Shown one piece after another: positions 39,342 through 48,600 of a DNA stretch of 64,000 nt. Where the stretch lies: assembly GCA_963819815.1 (NCBI GenBank), contig CAWFXL010000001.1, positions 192,001 to 256,000 on the forward strand, in the 5' to 3' direction. Source of the DNA: an uncultured bacterium (GTDB taxonomy: Bacteria > Babelota > Babeliae > Babelales > Babelaceae). Every line of letters begins with the position of its first letter. Positions within the stretch are counted from its first letter, which is position 1. Below the pieces are notes generated by a model. That model had not been told where the DNA came from, searched no databases, and was given only the letters and a program-made list of their open reading frames with translations. The position numbers were made by a program, and so were the translations under genes.

Positions 39342-40700
39342 ATGGTGAACAGAGCCACATTATGGCAGGATCTCCTATTAATGCTTACTGACGAAGTGGG
39401 TAGCAGGGTAGTAGAAACCTGGTTTAAAGCAATATCATTTTCTCGATGGGATGCAGATACTAAGACGGCCTACGTGAGCGCTCCAAATGCCTTTGTACGC
39501 GATTGGGTCTCATCACAATACCAAGGTCTTTTAAAAACCCATCTAAGTAGGCTTCTTAATACGAATGTTTCGCTTACTTTTATAGATGAGAGTAAAACTG
39601 GCGTACAAAAGGTCGAAAAAGATAAACCTTCGATGTCTCGAATGCCTAAAGCTCCAGATGCTCAAAGTTCACGTAATCAAATAAGTGCTCGGTACGGATT
39701 TGATAGTTATATCATAGGTGAGCATAATTCAGTTGCTGTCGCAGCTGCTCAGGCAGTTGCTGAAAAGCCGGGGGTTCTGTATAATCCTTTTTTTATTACC
39801 GGCGGCTCTGGGATGGGAAAAACCCATCTTTTGCAGGCGATCGGTAATCAGATAAAGCATACGCATCCTCAGGCAAAAGTGGTTTACCAGTCTGGTGATA
39901 GATTTGTGCATGAATTTGTGAATGCGATTCGGTACGGTAAGATCAAAAACTTTGAGGAGCGCTATAAGGATGCTGATGTACTCTTGGTTGATGATATTCA
40001 GCTGCTATCTCATAAGGAGCAGACCCAAGAAGCGTTCTTCCATATTTTTTCGACACTATATGAAAAAGGAAAACAGATCATCTTTGCCTCTGATGTCCTT
40101 CCTGACCAAATTGAAGGACTGTCAGAGCGCCTTAAATCCCGGCTAAATGGCTCATTGATAGCAGATATCCAGCCACCTTCAGTGGCAACAAAAATAGCTA
40201 TCGTTCAAAATAAAGCGCTTCTTCAAAAGACTCCTATCAGGGATGATGTCGCTTCCTTTATTGCTACACGTTCTTCCTCAAACGTACGTGAACTTGAAGG
40301 GCTGCTGATTCGTGTCCTTGCTTTTGCTGCCTTGACTCACCAAGTACTTACGGTTGATCTTGCTCACAAGGTGCTTGCGAGAACGACCATTGAGACAAGA
40401 CAACAGGCGCTGCTCGATTTACCTCAGGTGGCATCCTGTGTGGCGAAGCACTTTAGTACCAGTATTGCTGAACTGCGGTCCACAAAGCGGCAAAAGAATC
40501 TTGTAGATGCGCGGCACGTTGCTATGTATTTTATGAAGAAGCACACAGAAAATTCATTACGTGACATTGCTGCTTATTGGTGTCGTAAGGATCATACGAC
40601 CGTTATCCATGCGATTGCTAAGGTAGAAAAACTACGACTTCTCGATACGATACTCGATCAGAAGATGGCTGCTATTGAGCGGGAGCTTCTTCATCGGTAG
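39342..40700 (+). CDS. dnaA: Chromosomal replication initiator DnaA
   Basis: YNPFFITGGSGMGKTHLL, LLVDDIQ, TQEAFFHIF, RLKSRL, NVRELEG, RHVAMY, KDHTTVIHA. Confidence 0.98.
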   Translation: MVNRATLWQDLLLMLTDEVGSRVVETWFKAISFSRWDADTKTAYVSAPNAFVRDWVSSQYQGLLKTHLSRLLNTNVSLTFIDESKTGVQKVEKDKPSMSRMPKAPDAQSSRNQISARYGFDSYIIGEHNSVAVAAAQAVAEKPGVLYNPFFITGGSGMGKTHLLQAIGNQIKHTHPQAKVVYQSGDRFVHEFVNAIRYGKIKNFEERYKDADVLLVDDIQLLSHKEQTQEAFFHIFSTLYEKGKQIIFASDVLPDQIEGLSERLKSRLNGSLIADIQPPSVATKIAIVQNKALLQKTPIRDDVASFIATRSSSNVRELEGLLIRVLAFAALTHQVLTVDLAHKVLARTTIETRQQALLDLPQVASCVAKHFSTSIAELRSTKRQKNLVDARHVAMYFMKKHTENSLRDIAAYWCRKDHTTVIHAIAKVEKLRLLDTILDQKMAAIERELLHR

Positions 40701-41772
40701 CATCTCTCTCTTCTTCATATAACGTGAAGAGTTCAGGTGTTGGATTAGTTTGCATGTCATGACGGTATTTTTTGTTGCGCATAAAATTATCTTGGACGCA
40801 TTTTCCGGTGAGTTGTAAATACCACGAGGAGTAGTTCTTGAAGGTCATCGGTTTTTTGAGACCGACCATCGTGGGGAAATGCTCGGTATCGATAATTACG
40901 ATTTTGCCCGTTCCTTTCTCTAAAAAAAAGTTATCGACGTGAGCATCCATACGATTCCCAATGTATGATGAGAAGGTAATTCCAAATCGCGTATCTCCTG
41001 TGTTTGAAATACTGAATTGTCTTTCGGCTTCTATAGCATCTACAACAACCCCATAAATGGAGGGGATACTAGTTTTACAGGGGCCATTGTTGCCAATATT
41101 ATTTCCTTCGATCGTGATATAGCGAACATTCTTAGGGGCCCAGTACCATTTGCGTGGGGTATCTACTAGTGAGCTCCAGTAGGGACTCTCATCGATTCGC
41201 TCTTGAATTTTTTCTAAGTTAGTTATGCGAGTAAAACCTGATAAATGCCTATTGGTGCCACCGCCCATACGGAAAAAGAACTTTGGAATAAGACCTTCAG
41301 AGAGTTTTACAAAGCTTTCTGGAGTTTTAAGAAAGAGTTTGAGTACAAATGGGTACTTCTTATATTTGAGGATAATGAGTCCTGAAGCGATTCGGGGATT
41401 AAAGTCGGATTTTTTGAGTACCGTAAAATCGGTATAGGTCTTCTTCTGTGCCTGAATCTCGAGTACTACATTTTCAGCAAGGCGCCCAAGTTCTTCAGTA
41501 TCTACGGTTTGTCCAGGATTTCTTCTATAGGGCAGGGGTTCTTGGGGAAGGAGATGCTCTTCAAAGTTTTTCTTATTGAATTTACAAAAGATGGCATGGT
41601 ACTCAAGGCAATGGTCCCGAAGGATATGCCTTGTAGAATCATCAGCCCAGTGAACCTGGATTTCGGGTGTCTGAGGATCTTCAGCCCGCCAGGGACTGCG
41701 ACCGGATTCGAGTGACATAGTTAGGCATATGAGCGCACAAAACGCCATATGCTGTGTACTGAGTTTGCTCAT
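40672..41772 (-). CDS. Exported protein with atypical kinase-like motifs
   Basis: FVLKLF, DAHVDNF, IVIIDTE; hydrophobic N-terminus. Confidence 0.65.
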   Translation of the reverse strand: MSKLSTQHMAFCALICLTMSLESGRSPWRAEDPQTPEIQVHWADDSTRHILRDHCLEYHAIFCKFNKKNFEEHLLPQEPLPYRRNPGQTVDTEELGRLAENVVLEIQAQKKTYTDFTVLKKSDFNPRIASGLIILKYKKYPFVLKLFLKTPESFVKLSEGLIPKFFFRMGGGTNRHLSGFTRITNLEKIQERIDESPYWSSLVDTPRKWYWAPKNVRYITIEGNNIGNNGPCKTSIPSIYGVVVDAIEAERQFSISNTGDTRFGITFSSYIGNRMDAHVDNFFLEKGTGKIVIIDTEHFPTMVGLKKPMTFKNYSSWYLQLTGKCVQDNFMRNKKYRHDMQTNPTPELFTLYEEERDATDEEAPAQ

Positions 41773-41917
41773 GTACTTCTCCCCCTAAGTTTCAGGGTAC
41801 CAAATTCTGTCTTCCTCACACAAGAGTTCAAAAATGGTTGATTTTTCAAATAATTGTCTGCTACTATGAGGTCAGTAGTAGTAAGTATCAATCACGTACA
41901 AAGAAGAAGGGGTACGT

Positions 41918-42451
41918 ATGAAGTTAGACGAGATGAATCCTCGTTATGAAGGTTTGTTGCGCTGTTTTACCCATCTACCGCGGCAAATATTAAGTCTCCA
42001 CGAACTGGATAATGCAACAGAATATGTCTTACATTCCTTATGTGATGAGGGATGTTTAAACCTTTTAAAGGCAGCCTATTTTGTTGATAATCCTGACTTT
42101 AATTGTCTTAAGGGGATTGCAGGCTTTAACAAGGAAGAAGAGATATATACCTGTGATAAGGTATTAAATGATCCTGCTCATTTTAAGAATCATATGGATG
42201 AATGTGCCTATAACCAAAAAATTCGCACCATAACCGTGCCAAGTGCTCGCAGAAACGGCGAATCATCAGAGCATCTCATTGCTCGCTTAGCCGATCTTCT
42301 TGATATGGAGAATCCTTCGGTTCATACCTGGAATATTAAGCATGATAACTTTGGGATGCTCATTTATGAACATCCTTCTAGTTCAGATAGAAGCTTCCAT
42401 CAGGAGCTCCTACATGGTCTTTCAATTCTTGGATTCTGTCCAATAAGCTAA
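41918..42451 (+). CDS. Cytoplasmic hypothetical protein, possibly GAF-like
   Basis: GAAGGGG RBS; 177-aa ORF; the fold guess is weak. Confidence 0.75.
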   Translation: MKLDEMNPRYEGLLRCFTHLPRQILSLHELDNATEYVLHSLCDEGCLNLLKAAYFVDNPDFNCLKGIAGFNKEEEIYTCDKVLNDPAHFKNHMDECAYNQKIRTITVPSARRNGESSEHLIARLADLLDMENPSVHTWNIKHDNFGMLIYEHPSSSDRSFHQELLHGLSILGFCPIS

Positions 42452-42457
42452 CTATAC

Positions 42458-42491
42458 AGGGAATGCGCTGATATACTAAAGCGCATTCCCT
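42458..42491. terminator. Hairpin between convergent genes
   Basis: AGGGAATGCGCT-10 nt-AGCGCATTCCCT, 12-bp stem. Confidence 0.7.
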
Positions 42492-42669
42492 TATTAGCTA
42501 ACGAGATGCGGTTTTAATCGAAGAACTGTTTGGCTCAGTATATCTTTCACTATTGAATCATGTTTCATAGTTTTATACGGAAGCCAATAATAAGAATTTT
42601 TCTTATGTGCAGCTTTTATATGAAAATTCCTCAGAATTAACTTTCAGCCTATGAAGCTATGCAACAAGG

Positions 42670-44793
42670 CTATTTCGAGCCGCCGTTATCATCATCATTT
42701 TCTGAAACTTTTCTTCTTTTGTTGCTTCGATCAGCTTCAGCTTCCTGTTGTGTATCTTCACCTGCTAGATTAACTGCACGGTGATAATCTTCCAAACTGC
42801 AGATATTTTTGTTGGCTTTATGAAGCTCAACAATTTTCAAAGCTACAACCTTGAGAGCTGCCATTCCTTCAAAGCTTGGATTCTTAAGAAGTGTTAGAAA
42901 GAGAGGCCGTGCCAGAGAATTCTGGTCGATTAACAATGTATTTGAGTAACCAGCAAGAAAATTGTCCACATAGTCATGTGCCCCCTTAATCTTACCTGCT
43001 TCGTTGTAGATGCGAACAACCTTCTCAAGGACTTTCGACATATATAGTGCATCGTTCAACTTAATAGCTGCTATATCAGCATTACCCATGAATATTCTCG
43101 ATGGAGCTAATGCAAGGGCCACATTATAGTTCAACATGGCTTTATTTCTTTTATCTCGGTCAGTTGCTGGATAGGCCGCCATGAGATGGTCACCCAATAC
43201 TTCATGCAGCTTTCCTCTTGGTTGCTCTGCAATGGTCATTCTGATACATCGTTTAAGCTCTTTAACAATGTCGATGTCTTGAGGCTTTTGATCGGGATGA
43301 TAGACATAATGTTGCATCAACATGCTAGAAAGCATCAAATCATTTTGAACGAATGCCTCATATTTGTTATTTCTGTCGAACTTGATAAGGTAATATTGAT
43401 TATCAAGTGGTTCTAGCCTGCGCGCATATTCGCGACGCACAAGCGCTAAGCATTCATTGTTAGTTATGAAAGCAATATCGTTGAGATAAGCTATGCGTAT
43501 AGCACATAATCTGGCGGCTCGCTTGAGATCTTCACTTACAGCAGTACGATGGGCAAAAAGGAACTCAGCGATTGCTTCTTGAAACTTACCTTGCCTCTGC
43601 AAGCCATGCCCTATTTGTATGGCGCATGCCGCTCTTACCTCAGCTGGTAATTGCATACAATTCTTAAAAAAGGTAAGCCATTGACCTGCCTTATTTACCT
43701 GATATTGGGCGATAAGAGGATCGGGGTTTGGCAGTGCTACATCTGGATTATTTAGTTTTGCAAAAAAGAGTGTAGCGGAAGCACGATCTTCTAACGGAAG
43801 TGCCTCGTCGGTGATACTTGCTTCGAAATATTTTCGCGCCTGTGCGAAGGTCCAATTACCATTAAGATTTGGAATAGACAATGCAAGATTTTCTGCCTCC
43901 TCAGAAGTGCTTGGCTCCTGAAGCAACGGTAGAGCTGGAAAGGCCAATGGGATTTCTTGAGCAGGCAGTATTGCCTTTAATTCTGCCAATACATTCTTCG
44001 AGCATGCAGTTTGTAAGTGTTTTGCCATACTATACTGTAACTTGCCCAGTTCAAACCTTGATCTGGCCATTCGTTTTTTAACGATTTTGACGTGCGGATC
44101 GGTAGGGAAATGTATATTATTGCGTAAAAACTGAGCATAACCTGGTTCACATCGCATGTTCTCCCAATGCTCGAGAAACAGACGTCTATACGATTCTCTA
44201 TTTTCCGGAGTATCTTCTAGATTAAATCCTTCATTGTCATGTAAATTTGCTTCCGCAGCGTTTTCCCAGTCACGATTGAACCGTTCTGATTCCTCTATTA
44301 CATCCCAAGCTTCTTGACCTTCAGGGCAGGTAATACCCCCCAAATAAAAGATCGTGTTTATCCCATTAAGGAGCACAGAATAGTGTATTGCTTCACCGAT
44401 ATTTGCGTCAGACCTCTGCAAAAGCAGCCGAATTTTTTTTACATACAAAGCTTTTATATGGCCTAGAAGTTGGTTCTGCAGATTCCCGAAATCTGAATAA
44501 CCAGAATAGGTCGGATTTGCGGCGATAAGAGAATTATATATTTCCACCGGGGCAGTGTCGAAAAAGCGTCCTTTGATAAAGGGTCTGAGCCCGTGGATAA
44601 GTTCATCCACAATGTCCTCACCTATAGTTGGTGCAGTTAATGCTCGTTTGACATGAACCGATAAATTATGTGCTCCTGCCAGGGCTGAAGCTTTGTCTAC
44701 TAGAGCAAAGTGTGCAGCATGTACCTCGATAGTGACCTGTAATGCGAGACCTAGAAGAAGGAGGGTAAGGAAGCTCGAGAAATGCTTGATCAT
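42670..44793 (-). CDS. Large exported alpha-helical (TPR-like) protein with an NLS-like tail
   Basis: Signal peptide; IGHGLQRQGKFQEAIAEFLFA and LGDHL..AMLNYNVALALAP; tail NKRRKVSENDDD. Confidence 0.78.
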   Translation of the reverse strand: MIKHFSSFLTLLLLGLALQVTIEVHAAHFALVDKASALAGAHNLSVHVKRALTAPTIGEDIVDELIHGLRPFIKGRFFDTAPVEIYNSLIAANPTYSGYSDFGNLQNQLLGHIKALYVKKIRLLLQRSDANIGEAIHYSVLLNGINTIFYLGGITCPEGQEAWDVIEESERFNRDWENAAEANLHDNEGFNLEDTPENRESYRRLFLEHWENMRCEPGYAQFLRNNIHFPTDPHVKIVKKRMARSRFELGKLQYSMAKHLQTACSKNVLAELKAILPAQEIPLAFPALPLLQEPSTSEEAENLALSIPNLNGNWTFAQARKYFEASITDEALPLEDRASATLFFAKLNNPDVALPNPDPLIAQYQVNKAGQWLTFFKNCMQLPAEVRAACAIQIGHGLQRQGKFQEAIAEFLFAHRTAVSEDLKRAARLCAIRIAYLNDIAFITNNECLALVRREYARRLEPLDNQYYLIKFDRNNKYEAFVQNDLMLSSMLMQHYVYHPDQKPQDIDIVKELKRCIRMTIAEQPRGKLHEVLGDHLMAAYPATDRDKRNKAMLNYNVALALAPSRIFMGNADIAAIKLNDALYMSKVLEKVVRIYNEAGKIKGAHDYVDNFLAGYSNTLLIDQNSLARPLFLTLLKNPSFEGMAALKVVALKIVELHKANKNICSLEDYHRAVNLAGEDTQQEAEADRSNKRRKVSENDDDNGGSK

Positions 44794-44968
44794 GGGATAT
44801 CCTTGGTATGTATATTGCTATGGTATGATGGTTAATTTTATTTCATAATTATATAATAAAATTTTATATTAGTCAAATTGGGGGTATGGGGCCCTCCTTG
44901 ATAATTCTCATAGAAAATGATATACTGGATAAAAATTAAAATAATGTATATAAAAAGGTTGAAAAAAT

Positions 44969-45679
44969 ATGAAAAAATTCATCTACCTAGTTATCACAAG
45001 TGGCTCTCTTATGAGTAGTGCCTATGGTATGCAACCGCCAGCCTTAGGCTCTTTTGACCATTCTGCAGCATTCGTTGCTCCAATCACGAAGTATGGAGTT
45101 GAAGAGCATATTATTCTGGGCCGTGAATTACATGGCGCTGATAAAGGACTCTATGACGCCTTTGGTGGAAAGCGAGATGCAGCTGATGGTAATCAGCCGG
45201 GAGCAACGGCTGCTCGAGAGCTTTTTGAAGAAGGAATTACTGCCAGAACCCTAGGAATGTCACTTTCTGAAGTTCGTGAGTACATTGCTCTGCGGACAGG
45301 TAACACACGAAATATTTTTGCCGTTCAAGGACGGAATGGATCACGGAATGTTCTGTATCTTACCAGATTTAGCAACAGTGCTATTCGAAGGTTTAAGAAT
45401 AGTTTTGGTAGAGCATTGAGAAGAGCCCCTCGAGGTGGTGGATTTCATGAGAAAGATAAAATTGCATCAGTTCGTCTTACCGATGTCCTGCAAGCCATAG
45501 CTGCTTCACCTTCTAACAGAGGTGTTCAGGTCATTGCACAGGTAACTGATCTTAAGGGTAATCGATCAACGCGACAAATAACACTTCGTCCCGTTCTTGT
45601 AAGTTTGCTTAGGGGCTACGCTGAAAATCGCACCTACGTGCAGGGTACACGGCCTCAGATAAGGTTTTATGGGCTCTAA
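44969..45679 (+). CDS. Exported Nudix-family hydrolase
   Basis: ILGRE...FGGKRD...TAARELFEEG Nudix-box variant; signal peptide. Confidence 0.8.
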   Translation: MKKFIYLVITSGSLMSSAYGMQPPALGSFDHSAAFVAPITKYGVEEHIILGRELHGADKGLYDAFGGKRDAADGNQPGATAARELFEEGITARTLGMSLSEVREYIALRTGNTRNIFAVQGRNGSRNVLYLTRFSNSAIRRFKNSFGRALRRAPRGGGFHEKDKIASVRLTDVLQAIAASPSNRGVQVIAQVTDLKGNRSTRQITLRPVLVSLLRGYAENRTYVQGTRPQIRFYGL

Positions 45680-45782
45680 AGTTCCTGCATCTCATGATAA
45701 TCTCTATTGTAAACCAATCTTGACCCATAATGCGGCTGAATGCTCTATGGGTCTCATCTGAGTTCTCTACCAAGATAGATAG

Positions 45783-46484
45783 TTATTGAACTTCTTGTGT
45801 TGATGAGTTAGTCGCTTCTGTGGCGTCTTTTTTTGTGCCACGCATTTTTTCTCGAAGCCACTCATAGAGGGATTTTCCATTTTGTCCATCATGCATCCCA
45901 TCTAGTTTGGCCAACAAAGGTGGGAGGGCAAGACTTGTAGCAATACTGGCGACTACTTTTGCAGTACCTGGGTTTTGGCCTAAGAAACTTGAAGTTGCAT
46001 TAGCCAATCCGTAGGCAGTCAGAAGAAATACGCCCGATCCACTTGCATAGGTGCGAAGGTTCTTCTTTGAGAGTGGAAGAAGCCAATATTCATCTGAAGC
46101 ATAGTCAGGATCTTTCGCTTCGAAAGCCGTGAGTATGGCTGGAAAGAGGAGCTGAGTTCCCAATGTTGAACAGAGAGCGCTCCATGCAATATCTTTTTTG
46201 GCGTCCTGGGGTATTTTAAATAGATAGTTTGTAAGATAGTTTACCCCCAAGAGAGTTGTGAATACACCGAGGTTCACGAGCGCCATTTCTTTAATGCCTT
46301 TTTTCTTAGTCGTCTGTGGCTGCTCATCATCAGTAGTTTGTGTCTCTTTATTTGCCTGCTTTTCATTGGGGATGAAGGTACTTGGGGAAGCCTTCTTAGG
46401 CATGGCTTTTTTAGGGGCTTCGCTACCCATGAGTGCAGCTGATGATGCAAGTAATAGGGTAGTAATGAGATAGGTTTGTTTCAT
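45783..46484 (-). CDS. Tandem paralog family member 1 (signal peptide + multiple TM segments)
   Basis: MKQTYLITTLLLASSAALMG; GQNPGTAKVVASIATSLALPPLLAKLD. Confidence 0.8.
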   Translation of the reverse strand: MKQTYLITTLLLASSAALMGSEAPKKAMPKKASPSTFIPNEKQANKETQTTDDEQPQTTKKKGIKEMALVNLGVFTTLLGVNYLTNYLFKIPQDAKKDIAWSALCSTLGTQLLFPAILTAFEAKDPDYASDEYWLLPLSKKNLRTYASGSGVFLLTAYGLANATSSFLGQNPGTAKVVASIATSLALPPLLAKLDGMHDGQNGKSLYEWLREKMRGTKKDATEATNSSTQEVQ

Positions 46485-46686
46485 GGTATTCCTCTATAGT
46501 GCAATTACTAGTACGTTATATATCTTATATTCACTCTACTAGATGATCTGCTTGAGGTAAACTGGGTACCCATGTATAAAAGATCCCGCTAGGTCTGTGA
46601 GACCTCGCTGGATACCTTCAATGCAGAGCCTCGCTACTCATTAGTAGTGAAAGTTCTTTCAAAAATTATATGAATTATGGATCATC

Positions 46687-47382
46687 TTAATTATTGTTGA
46701 GCCTATCAGATGCCTGAGTTGGTTCATTCATTGCCGACTTTTCAGCATCCTTTTTTTTCTTTGTCTGCTCAGCTTCAAAGTCATGTAAGACTGCTGCCAT
46801 TGCGTTATAAGGTAACACTTTACGAAGACCAAGCTCATCCGTTTTGGCTAAAAAGACTTGGATTGCAACACTTGCAGCAATACAACCTATTACTTTTTTA
46901 TTGCTAGGGTTTTCGCCAGGTATTACTACCGATAGAAGACCTGCTGCAAGGCCGCACAAAGCAACGCTGCTCAATTCACAGATATGGGTTCGTAGGTTCT
47001 TTGGAGAAAGTGAGAGCTGCTTATATTCATCTACACCATCATCTTGATGATCATTCACTTGAGAGATTGCTTTAAATCCTGGAAAGATGATCTGTGCCAG
47101 CAGGGTTGAGAATAGGGCACTTGAAGCAATATTGTGTTTAAAATCATGTGGTGTATTAGTTACTTTGTCTAAAAGATACCGCCCCCCCAATGCGCTGACA
47201 AACATATATACATTTTCTAAAGCCAATTCTGTAATGCCTTTTTTCCAAAAAGACTTGATCTTCTCCTCTTTGAGTTTCAAGGCATGGAGCAATGTGCCAG
47301 GAGTTTTTTTAGTAGTATCGTTACCCATGACCGCAGCTGATGATGCAAGCACTAGGGTAATAATGAGATAGCTTTTTTTCAT
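46687..47382 (-). CDS. Tandem paralog family member 2
   Basis: MKKSYLIITLVLASSAAVMG; GENPSNKKVIGCIAASVAIQVFLAKTD. Confidence 0.8.
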   Translation of the reverse strand: MKKSYLIITLVLASSAAVMGNDTTKKTPGTLLHALKLKEEKIKSFWKKGITELALENVYMFVSALGGRYLLDKVTNTPHDFKHNIASSALFSTLLAQIIFPGFKAISQVNDHQDDGVDEYKQLSLSPKNLRTHICELSSVALCGLAAGLLSVVIPGENPSNKKVIGCIAASVAIQVFLAKTDELGLRKVLPYNAMAAVLHDFEAEQTKKKKDAEKSAMNEPTQASDRLNNN

Positions 47383-47578
47383 AACGTTCCTCTATAGTTC
47401 AATGAATGCTATTTTATGTTACTATTAACCCTACTAGATGATTTTTCGTAAGTAAAATGGTATCCAATTGGTATAAAGCTGCCCTAGTATGCTTAATGAA
47501 GTCTTGGGAGTGAATTTGCTAATGGAGAGGAGAGACTGCATTTGTTTGAGTCTTACCTTGTATAGATGCAGTAGCGTG

Positions 47579-48229
47579 TTATTGAACCTGTGGTGTAGGT
47601 GCAGTGTGAACTTCTGTACCATCTTTCTGTACAGCCATTCTATTCTTTTTTCTCTGTTCGAGCCATTCGTCTACCTTGACTAAGAGAGCTGGGAGCACGA
47701 GGCTTGCAGCAATACAGGCAGCAGTTTTACTATTGCTTGGATTATCGCCAACGATTTTCTGTGCTACATAGCCGATTCCAAACAGGGGGAAAGTGGAGAG
47801 CCCACAAATTGTGTATCCCTCATCAAACCTCATATTAAAGAGGGAATCGTCGGCCCTGTCTTTGCCAAGGACTAGAGATGTTACGAATCTGAAGCAACGC
47901 ATCCCCAAAACTGAAGCCAAGCAACTTGAAGCGAGCAGACTTTTATTGCTCATGGGTTCAGGGCGGGTCCTATGAAGTATGACCGCAACGGGGTCAGGAG
48001 TGCTCCTGCGAAAGTTCTCTCCAGCAAATCCTTGTATATAGCCAAAAACAAAGGGTATATTTTGCCAAAGTTCTTCCTTTACCTTTTGCATAAAAGATGG
48101 TACGACCTCTTGAGGAGTAGTACAACTAGGAGAGGTTGAATCTAGTACGGGGCTTTGAGGAGCATCGTTTCCTATGATTGCCCCTGATGATGCAAGAAAC
48201 AGGGTAGCGGTAAGATACTGTATTTTCAT
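47579..48229 (-). CDS. Tandem paralog family member 3
   Basis: MKIQYLTATLFLASSGAIIG; GDNPSNSKTAACIAASLVLPALLVKVD. Confidence 0.8.
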   Translation of the reverse strand: MKIQYLTATLFLASSGAIIGNDAPQSPVLDSTSPSCTTPQEVVPSFMQKVKEELWQNIPFVFGYIQGFAGENFRRSTPDPVAVILHRTRPEPMSNKSLLASSCLASVLGMRCFRFVTSLVLGKDRADDSLFNMRFDEGYTICGLSTFPLFGIGYVAQKIVGDNPSNSKTAACIAASLVLPALLVKVDEWLEQRKKNRMAVQKDGTEVHTAPTPQVQ

Positions 48230-48447
48230 AGGCTCCTTTTTTAGGTACTAGCATATCATTAACTTCTCATTACACTCTACCAGATGATGAAAATATGTAA
48301 AATGGCTTTCCTGTTATGAAGTATAGATCTGTATAGGCTATCTTATTCAATGTATTCATATTAAAATAATTTCTTTAAAAATTATTGCAACTTGTCAATG
48401 TAATGTGGTACGATGAAAGTGTATGAAAATAAAGAAAAGAGGTATGT

Positions 48448-48600
48448 ATGAACCCAAATAATATTAAACCCAAGAAGAAGCATCGTAGAACGGTCTTTTC
48501 GTCAAAAAAGATCCATATGACCCCAAAAGAGCATATGGATACTCAAAAGTTGACGAAGGGGAGCTTTGATGGGAAGCGTTGGGTTCCTTACGACAAATAA
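48448..48600 (+). CDS. Candidate 50-aa basic small protein (below the ORF track cut-off)
   Basis: AAGAGGT RBS; upstream TTGCAA...TGGTACGAT; MNPNNIKPKKKHRRTVFSSKK...RWVPYDK*. Confidence 0.5.
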   Translation: MNPNNIKPKKKHRRTVFSSKKIHMTPKEHMDTQKLTKGSFDGKRWVPYDK

